From assembly GCA_963760755.1 (NCBI GenBank), contig CAVXEE010000004.1, forward strand, positions 141,555 through 205,554: DNA of 64,000 nt, written 5' to 3'. Source of the DNA: an uncultured Actinomycetes bacterium (GTDB lineage Bacteria; Actinomycetota; Thermoleophilia; Gaiellales; JAICJC01). Both the position numbers and the translations under genes were made by a program. Each line of letters opens with the position of its first letter. Positions within the stretch are counted from its first letter, which is position 1. Shown here piece after piece: positions 57,753-64,000 of this stretch. The notes below the pieces were generated by a model. It saw only the letters and a program-made list of their open reading frames with translations, did no database searches and was not told where the DNA came from.

Positions 57753-59530
57753 GCTGGCGCACGCGGCTCGGCGGCGACCTGCGCGCGGGCGACGAGGGCA
57801 CGCGCGTGACCCTGGCCGGGTGGGTGGCGTCGAGCCGCGACCACGGCGGGCTCGTCTTCGTCGACCTGCGCGACCAGGCGGGCGTCGTCCAGCTCGTGTT
57901 CAACCCCGACGAGCAGGCGGCGGCGCACGGGACTGCGCACGGCCTGCGGAACGAGTACGTCGTCCAGGCCGAGGGAGTCGTGCGCGCTCGCTCGCCCGAG
58001 ACGGTGAACCCGCGCCTGGACACCGGCCGGATCGAGGTGCACGTCGAGCGGCTGGAGGTGCTCTCGACCGCGCCCGCGCTGCCGTTCCAGCTCGACGACG
58101 AGGGCGTCGACGAGACGCTGCGCCTGCGCCACCGCTACCTCGACCTGCGCCGGGCCGAGATGCGCAAGAACATCTGGGTGCGGTTCAAGCTCACGCAGAC
58201 GATCCGCCGGTACCTCGAGGACAACGGCTTCTGGGAGCTCGAGACGCCGATCCTGTACAAGTCGACGCCTGAGGGCGCGCGCGAGTTCCTCGTGCCGACG
58301 AGCACCCACCCGGGCAAGTTCTACGCGCTGCCGCAGTCGCCCCAGACCTACAAGCAGCTCTACGTCATCTCCGGGTTCGAGCGCTACTACCAGATCGCCC
58401 GCTGCTTCCGCGACGAGGCCACGCGCGCCGACCGCACCGCCGAGTTCACCCAGCTCGACATGGAGCTCGCGTTCGTCGAGCCCGACGAGCTGCACGCGCT
58501 GATCGAGGGCCTCTATGCCGCGGTGTGGCGCGAGGTGCTCGGGGTCGAGCTGCCGGTGCCGTTCCCGCGCCTGACCCATGACGAGGCGATGCTGCGCTAC
58601 GGCTCGGACAAGCCGGACACGCGCTTCGGCTGCGAGATCGCCGACGTCACCGACGTGCTGCGCGATACCGGGTTCAACGCGTTCCGGGGCGTGATCGACG
58701 CGGGCGGCGTGGTACGCGGCTTCGCCGTCCCCGGCGCGATGGAGTTCTCGCGCAAGGACTTCGACGGCCTGGTCGAGTTCGCCCGCGGCTGGGGCGGGAA
58801 GGGCGTCGCCTGGATGCAGGTGACGGCCCCGGGCGAGGTGCGCTCGCCGATCGCCAAGTTCCTGTCCGAGGACGAGGTCGCGGCCGTCGTCGCCGGCGTC
58901 GGCGCTGCGGAGGGCGAGACGATCCTGCTCGTGGCCGACGAGCGCGAGGCGGCGGTGCGCGTGCTCGGGCCGCTGCGGCTTCACCTGGGCGAGCGGCTGG
59001 GGCTGATCCAGGAGGGCTGGAACTTCCTCTGGCTGACCGCGTTTCCGATGTTCGAGTGGATCGCCGAGGAGAACCGCTGGAAGGCGGCCCACAACCCGTT
59101 CAGCGCCCCGGAGCCGGAGTTCGAGGCCGACTTCGAGTCCGACCCGCCCGCCGCGCGGGCGCGTCAGTACGACCTTGTCCTGAACGGCAACGAGGTCGGC
59201 GGCGGATCGATCCGAAACCACAAGCCCGAGGTGCAGAAGCGCGTCTTCCGCATGCTGGGGATCTCCGAGGCCGAGGCCGAGGAGAAGTTCTCGTTCCTGC
59301 TGCGCGCACTCGAGATGGGTGCGCCGCCGCACGGCGGGATCGCGTTCGGCATCGACCGCCTGGTGATGCTGCTCGCGGGTGCGGCGTCGCTGCGCGACGT
59401 GACCGCCTTCCCCAAGGGGCAGGGCGGCGTCGATCCGCTCACGGGGGCGCCGACGGCGGCCACCGAGAAGGAGCTGCGCCAGTACGGGATCCGGGTGGTG
59501 ACGGACCCGCCGGGACCGGCTACGCTGTGA
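57749..59530 (+). CDS. aspS: aspartate--tRNA ligase
   Basis: Part of ORF 56120..59530, from ATG 57749 (ATGA overlap with the restored hisS stop). Motifs: FYALPQSPQTYKQL, QLDMELAF, GGGSIRNH, PPHGGIAFGIDRL. Confidence 0.9.
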   Translation: MSWRTRLGGDLRAGDEGTRVTLAGWVASSRDHGGLVFVDLRDQAGVVQLVFNPDEQAAAHGTAHGLRNEYVVQAEGVVRARSPETVNPRLDTGRIEVHVERLEVLSTAPALPFQLDDEGVDETLRLRHRYLDLRRAEMRKNIWVRFKLTQTIRRYLEDNGFWELETPILYKSTPEGAREFLVPTSTHPGKFYALPQSPQTYKQLYVISGFERYYQIARCFRDEATRADRTAEFTQLDMELAFVEPDELHALIEGLYAAVWREVLGVELPVPFPRLTHDEAMLRYGSDKPDTRFGCEIADVTDVLRDTGFNAFRGVIDAGGVVRGFAVPGAMEFSRKDFDGLVEFARGWGGKGVAWMQVTAPGEVRSPIAKFLSEDEVAAVVAGVGAAEGETILLVADEREAAVRVLGPLRLHLGERLGLIQEGWNFLWLTAFPMFEWIAEENRWKAAHNPFSAPEPEFEADFESDPPAARARQYDLVLNGNEVGGGSIRNHKPEVQKRVFRMLGISEAEAEEKFSFLLRALEMGAPPHGGIAFGIDRLVMLLAGAASLRDVTAFPKGQGGVDPLTGAPTAATEKELRQYGIRVVTDPPGPATL

Positions 59531-59663
59531 GAGCCGGCGCCATTTCCGTTACGCGCACCACACTTTCGTCGTGCGAACACCTCAAGCGCCGGGGCGAGGT
59601 CGAAGCGGTCGAAGCATCCAGAAAGTGGCCGACAGCCGAGCCCCAGGCACCGGCATCATCGAT

Positions 59664-59696
59664 GGGGACTGTCCCCGCACCGCGGGGACAGTCCCC
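59664..59696. repeat. palindromic intergenic element, copy 2
   Basis: GGGGACTGTCCCC gcaccgc GGGGACAGTCCCC has the same 13-bp arms as copy 1. It shares the flanks ccggcat... and ...ttctc. It ends 10 nt before the cysteine desulfurase ATG. Confidence 0.7.
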
Positions 59697-59705
59697 TCTT
59701 CTCGT

Positions 59706-60843
59706 ATGAGCGTCTACCTCGATCACGCGGCGACCACGCCGCTTGCGCCCGCGGCGCGCGCGGCGATGGAGCCGTACCTGTCCGAGCGGTTCGGCAACGC
59801 GTCGGAGCCGCACACGTATGGGCGCGCCGCCCGGGCCGGGCTCGAGGACGCGCGCCGGCGGCTGGCGGAGCTGCTCGCCGCCGAGCCGGGCCAGGTCGTG
59901 CTCACCTCGGGCGGCTCCGAGGCGGACAACCAGGCCGTCTTCGGTCTGGCCGGGGCTCCGCCCGGCCGGCTGGTCGTGAGCGCGATCGAGCATCCTGCCG
60001 TGCGCGAGCCCGCGCGCGAGCTCGAGCGGCGTGGGTTCGAGGTCGTGTGGGCGCCTGTCGACGCGCGACGGCGTCGTCGTCGCCGACGAGTTCGAGCGCC
60101 TGCTGCAGCCCGGCGACCGGCTGGCGGCGGTCATGTGGGCGAACAACGTCACCGGCGCGGTGCAGCCCGTGGAGCGCCTGGCGGCGGCGGCCGCGGAGCG
60201 CGGCGTCCCCTTGCACTGCGACGCCGTGCAGGCGGCGGCCGCGTTCCCGGTCGGCCTCGGCGCCTCCGGCGTCGAGACGCTCGCACTCTCGGCGCACAAG
60301 CTCGGCGGGCCCAAGGGCGTCGGCTGCCTCGTCGTGCGCACGCTCGGGCGGGTCACGCCGCTCGTGTGGGGCGGGGGGCAGGAGCACGGCCTGCGCTCCG
60401 GCACCGAGAACGTCGCCGGTGCGGTCGGGTTCGGCGCCGCGCTTGCGGCCATGCGGTCCGCGGTCGACGGCCGCGCGGCCCTGCGCGACCGGCTGCAGAC
60501 GGCGCTCGCCGGACACGCAACCGTGGTCTCGGCCGGGGCGCCGCGCCTGCCGGGCCACCTGCTGGCCCTGGTCGCGGGCATCCGCGCCGACCTGCTCGTG
60601 CTCGCGCTCGACCGCGCCGGCTACGCGGTCGCGGCCGGCTCTGCCTGCGCCGCCGGGGATGCCGAGCCGAGCCACGTCCTGACCGCCCAGGGCATGTCGG
60701 CGCAGGACTCGCGCAGCGTCGTTCGCATCTCGCTCGGCCTCGGCTCGACGGCCGCCGAGGTGGACGGGTTCGCGCGCGCGTTCATCGCCTGCGCCGAGCG
60801 GCTCCGGGCGGGCGGGCTCGAGGGGATCGCCGCGGCGGTCTAG
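59706..60843 (+). pseudogene. cysteine desulfurase (IscS/NifS family), one frameshift
   Basis: The N-terminus is in ORF 59571..61286, from ATG 59706 (MSVYLDHAATTP...FEVVWAPVDA). The rest is in ORF 60031..60843 (DGVVVADEF..., SAHKLGGPKG, AAGSACAAG). The junction is at about 60060-60070. Confidence 0.8.
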
Positions 60844-60853
60844 GGTTCGCGGC

Positions 60854-62272
60854 GTGTACTCCGCCGCGACGGTCGACCACGCGCTCGCCCTGCGTCACGC
60901 CGGCTCGGCCGGCCCCGGCGCCGTCGCCGGCGAGGCGGGCGACACCGGCTGCGGCGACGCGATCCGGATCGAGCTCGGGGTCGCGGACGGCCGCATCGCG
61001 GTCGCCCGCCACCGCGGCTTCGCCTGCCCGCACGCCACCGCGGCCGCCGAGCTCGCCTGCGCGCTCGCCGAGGGCCGCGAGCTCCTGGACGCGGCCCGGA
61101 TCGGCGCCTCCGACCTCGAGGCGGTGCTCGCGCCGGCAGAGGCGAACCGGGGCTGCGTCGGCCTGGCCGCCGATGCCCTGCACCGGGCGCTTGCGGCGGC
61201 CCTCGAGACCGTGCGGTTGCCGGCAAGGAGCGACCGCGTCGCCGTGGCGATGTCGGGCGGAGTCGACTCGGCGGTCGCGCTGCTGAAGGCGGTCGAGGCC
61301 GGGCTCGAGCCGGTCGGCGTCACCCTGCGGCTGTGGATCGACCCGGGCGCGCCCGACGGCGAGCGGGCCTGTTGCTCGCCGCGGTCGGTGCGGGCGGCGC
61401 GGGCCGCCTGCCACGCGCTCGGCGTGCCGCACGCCTCACTCGACCTGCGCGACGAGTTCCGGGCGGCGGTCGTCGACGAGTTCGTCGGCGGCTTCCGCGA
61501 GGGCCGTACGCCGAACCCGTGCATGCGCTGCAACGGCGCATTCCGCTTCGCGGCGCTGGCTGGGTTCGCCGATCGCATCGGGGCCGAGCGGATCGCGACC
61601 GGGCACTACGCCCGCGTCCGCCGCCGCGGCGACGTCACCCTGGTCGCCCGGGGCGCCGATCCGGCCAAGGACCAGTCCTACATGCTCGCCGGGGTGCCCG
61701 GCGAGATCCTGGCGCGGTGCTGGTTCCCGCTCGGGGAGCAGACCAAGGTGCAGACGCGGGCGCAGGCGGGCGCCGCCGGCCTGGAGGCGGCGCACCGGGC
61801 CGAGAGCCAGGACGTGTGCTTCGTCGGCGGCGGCGACCACCGCGCGTTCCTCGAGCGCCACGGCGGCGCCGGCCGCCCGGGCGACATCGTCACGGCCGAC
61901 GGCCGCCGCCTCGGCGGGCACGACGGCGTGCACCGTTTCACGCCGGGGCAGCGGCGCGGGATCGGGGTTGCGGGAGCCGAGCCGCTCTACGTCCTCGCGG
62001 TGCAGGCGGCGACCGGCCGCGTCGTCGTCGGCCCGCGCGCCGCTCTCGAGCAGCGGTCGGTACGGGTGGCTCCGGGGCGTTTGCTGGCGCCGTCGGTGCG
62101 CGTGCAGGCGAAGCTGCGCTACCGCACCGATCCCGTGTGGGCGACCGTCCGCCCGGGCGGCGACGGCTTCACGCTCGACCTGGACGAGCCCGTCGCGGGC
62201 GTCGCCCCCGGGCAGACCGCCGTCCTCTACGACGACGACACCGTCGTCGGCTCGGGCGTGATCGCCTCGTGA
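60854..62272 (+). CDS. mnmA: IscU/NifU-N-like domain fused to tRNA-specific 2-thiouridylase MnmA
   Basis: ORF 60854..62272. The N-terminal ~115 aa are IscU-like with three Cys (GCGD, GFACPHATAAA, RGCVGLAADAL). MnmA follows (VAMSGGVDSAV PP-loop, PNPCMRCN, DQSYML). Confidence 0.8.
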   Translation: MYSAATVDHALALRHAGSAGPGAVAGEAGDTGCGDAIRIELGVADGRIAVARHRGFACPHATAAAELACALAEGRELLDAARIGASDLEAVLAPAEANRGCVGLAADALHRALAAALETVRLPARSDRVAVAMSGGVDSAVALLKAVEAGLEPVGVTLRLWIDPGAPDGERACCSPRSVRAARAACHALGVPHASLDLRDEFRAAVVDEFVGGFREGRTPNPCMRCNGAFRFAALAGFADRIGAERIATGHYARVRRRGDVTLVARGADPAKDQSYMLAGVPGEILARCWFPLGEQTKVQTRAQAGAAGLEAAHRAESQDVCFVGGGDHRAFLERHGGAGRPGDIVTADGRRLGGHDGVHRFTPGQRRGIGVAGAEPLYVLAVQAATGRVVVGPRAALEQRSVRVAPGRLLAPSVRVQAKLRYRTDPVWATVRPGGDGFTLDLDEPVAGVAPGQTAVLYDDDTVVGSGVIAS

Positions 62273-62312
62273 GCGCCGGGTAGGATAGGTTTTCCCCCGA
62301 CCCGGGAGCGCC

Positions 62313-62708
62313 ATGCATCTCGCACTTCTCGCCACCTCAACCGATATCTGGCACTACGCCCTGGCCGTGTTCCTGCTCCTGACGGGGATCGGCGCCTGCT
62401 TTGCGCTGATCCGGCTCGGGACGACGTTCGGCCACGTGAACACGGCACTCGACAGCACCATGAGCGAGCTCGTACCGATGCTCGGCAAGGCGTCGACGTC
62501 GCTCGACCACGTGAACGAGGAGCTCGACAAGGTCGGCCGCATCACCGACTCGGCCACCGATGCGACCGCGAAGGTGGACGCAACCGTGCGCACGGTGTCG
62601 GAGGCGATCGCCAAGCCGTTCCAGGCCATCGCCGGGTTCACGAGCGGCCTCACCCACGGCTTCGGCGTGTTCAAGAACAAGCGCGATCAGCGCGGAGGGG
62701 TCGTGTGA
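62313..62708 (+). CDS. DUF948 domain membrane protein
   Basis: ORF 62313..62708. N-terminal TM segment, then a helical region (LDHVNEELDKVGRITDSATDATAKVDATVRTV). Confidence 0.65.
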   Translation: MHLALLATSTDIWHYALAVFLLLTGIGACFALIRLGTTFGHVNTALDSTMSELVPMLGKASTSLDHVNEELDKVGRITDSATDATAKVDATVRTVSEAIAKPFQAIAGFTSGLTHGFGVFKNKRDQRGGVV

Positions 62709-62956
62709 GGCGGGGGCTTGCGGTCTGGGTCGTGCTCGCAGCCGCCGGCACGGCCCTCTACAGGCGCGCCCAGCATCTGGCCGAGACGGAGCAACGGCCG
62801 GTCGGCGAGGTGCTGCGCGACCTGCCGGGCCGCATCACGGCCGACCTGCGCACGCTGCCCGACGACCTGCGCGAGGCCGCGCAGGAGGGCCGCCAGGCCG
62901 CGGGCCGCAAGTCGGCGGAGGTCGAGGAGGAGTTCCGCCGCGCAGCGAACCCGTGA
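62705..62956 (+). CDS. small membrane-anchored helical protein (hypothetical)
   Basis: ORF 62705..62956. GTG overlaps the upstream stop (GTGA). Confidence 0.5.
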   Translation: MRRGLAVWVVLAAAGTALYRRAQHLAETEQRPVGEVLRDLPGRITADLRTLPDDLREAAQEGRQAAGRKSAEVEEEFRRAANP

Positions 62957-62981
62957 ATAGACGGGGTCAGACCCCGTGTAT

Positions 62982-63299
62982 TCAGTCGGTGATGCGCGCG
63001 ATCAGCTCGCGGCGGTCGACCAGCCGCTTGGGCTCGCCGGACGGCGAGAGCTCGTAGCCGGCGCCGCGCGGGTAGAGCACCTTGTCGCCGGGGGCGATGC
63101 CGTGCACCTCGTCGCCGATGGCGACCACCACGCCTGAGAGGCACGCCGCCTCGGCGCTCGCGGGGATGATCAGGCCGGCGTTCGTCTCGGTCTCGTCATC
63201 GACGGGCTCGATGAGCACGAAGTGGTCGAGCGGCTCGATGCCGCCGTGGCCGCCGCGGGGCGCCTGCTCGAAGCGCTCGAGGGTGTCGTCACCGTGCAT
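62982..63299 (-). CDS. GroES/Cpn10-like co-chaperonin paralogue (stand-alone)
   Basis: ORF 62982..63299. The segment IEPLDHFVLIEPVDDETETNAGLIIPASAEAACLSGVVVAIGDEV...GDKVLYPRGAGYEL follows the Cpn10 pattern. No groEL lies nearby. Confidence 0.6.
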   Translation of the reverse strand: MHGDDTLERFEQAPRGGHGGIEPLDHFVLIEPVDDETETNAGLIIPASAEAACLSGVVVAIGDEVHGIAPGDKVLYPRGAGYELSPSGEPKRLVDRRELIARITD

Positions 63300-63319
63300 G
63301 GCTCAAGGATACCCCCCGG

Positions 63320-63325
63320 TAGAAT
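63320..63325 (+). promoter_or_regulatory. candidate -10 box (TAGAAT) upstream of alaS
   Basis: TAGAAT lies 10 nt before ATG 63336, with no Shine-Dalgarno sequence between them. Confidence 0.3.
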
Positions 63326-63335
63326 GGGCCGGGAT

Positions 63336-64000
63336 ATGCGCTCCCACGAGATCCGACGCCGGTTCATCGACCACTTCACCGCCACCGGGCACGTGCAGCT
63401 CCCGAGCGGGTCGCTGGTGCCGCCGGCGTGGGACCAGAGCGTCCTCATCACGACGGCCGGGATGCAGCCGCTCAAGCGCTACTTCCTGGGGCAGGACGAG
63501 CCGCCCAGCAACCGCCTGGTCACGGTGCAGAAGTGCTTCCGCACCGTCGACATCGACGAGGTCGGGCGCACCGCCCACCACCTGACCTTCTTCGAGATGC
63601 TCGGCAACTTCTCGATCGGCGACTACTTCAAGCGGTTCGCGGTCGAGCAGGCCTGGCAGCTCGTCACCTCGCCGGACGGGTTCGGCTTCGATCCCGACCG
63701 GCTGTGGGCGACCGTCTACCGCGGCGACGACAACGTCCCGGCCGACGAGGAGGCGATCGCGCTCTGGCTCGAGGTGGGCGTGCCGCCGGAGCGGATCCTG
63801 CGGCTCGGCAGCGACAACTTCTGGCAGGCGGGGCCGACCGGCCCGTGCGGGCCGTGCTCGGAGCTCCACTACGACCGCGGCGAGGAGTTCGGCTGCGGCC
63901 GGCCGGAGTGCGGGCCTGACTGCGACTGCGACCGCTTCATCGAGTTCTGGAACCTCGTGTTCATGCAGTACAACATGCTCGACGACGGGTCACTCGAGCC
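63336..64000 (+). CDS. alaS: alanine--tRNA ligase, 5' part (runs off the window)
   Basis: My translation from ATG 63336 is MRSHEIRRRFIDHFTATGH...FEMLGNFSIGDYFK...WNLVFMQYN. It is not on the ORF track because there is no stop inside the window. Confidence 0.9.
   Translation, partial: MRSHEIRRRFIDHFTATGHVQLPSGSLVPPAWDQSVLITTAGMQPLKRYFLGQDEPPSNRLVTVQKCFRTVDIDEVGRTAHHLTFFEMLGNFSIGDYFKRFAVEQAWQLVTSPDGFGFDPDRLWATVYRGDDNVPADEEAIALWLEVGVPPERILRLGSDNFWQAGPTGPCGPCSELHYDRGEEFGCGRPECGPDCDCDRFIEFWNLVFMQYNMLDDGSLE

Noticed and set aside
56120-59530. Single 1136-aa ORF spanning hisS and aspS.
   Set aside because: The first ~120 aa are an out-of-frame overlap with the MBL hydrolase gene. A frameshifted hisS tail reads through in frame into aspS, which creates the continuous frame. 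Two separate synthetase genes are clearly present.

Overview
Very GC-rich, densely coding chromosomal segment. Its gene content looks actinobacterial: F420/deazaflavin-type enzymes, SLH and NlpC/P60 wall hydrolases, TANNNT boxes a few nt upstream of start codons (inference only). I support about 65 protein genes, two tRNAs (Glu-CUC, Gln-CUG), several hairpin terminators, a two-copy palindromic intergenic repeat and one low-GC non-coding island. Left to right the window holds: a sugar-modification block (split transketolase, GNAT-aminotransferase fusion, RfbH-type 3-dehydrase); an orphan Flp pilin; wall hydrolases; a zwf-GH15-GMC operon; ndh; cydAB; a block of secreted or unknown proteins next to tRNA-Gln; a co-directional PilZ / Flp-like peptide / heterodimeric ABC exporter / SLH-NlpC-P60 / HD cluster; redox enzymes; the non-coding island; a histidine-utilisation cluster that uses a formiminotransferase; an envelope-glycan cluster; hisS-aspS; and cysteine desulfurase followed by IscU-like::MnmA, then alaS. 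I found no rRNA, CRISPR array, transposase, integrase or recognisable defence system. At least eight otherwise intact genes, including essential hisS, need a 1-nt correction to read through. I take this as assembly indels until checked. The most system-like unexplained items are the PilZ/Flp-like/ABC cluster and the promoter-to-terminator non-coding unit at about 40.09-40.39 kb. Both are hypotheses, not demonstrated systems.
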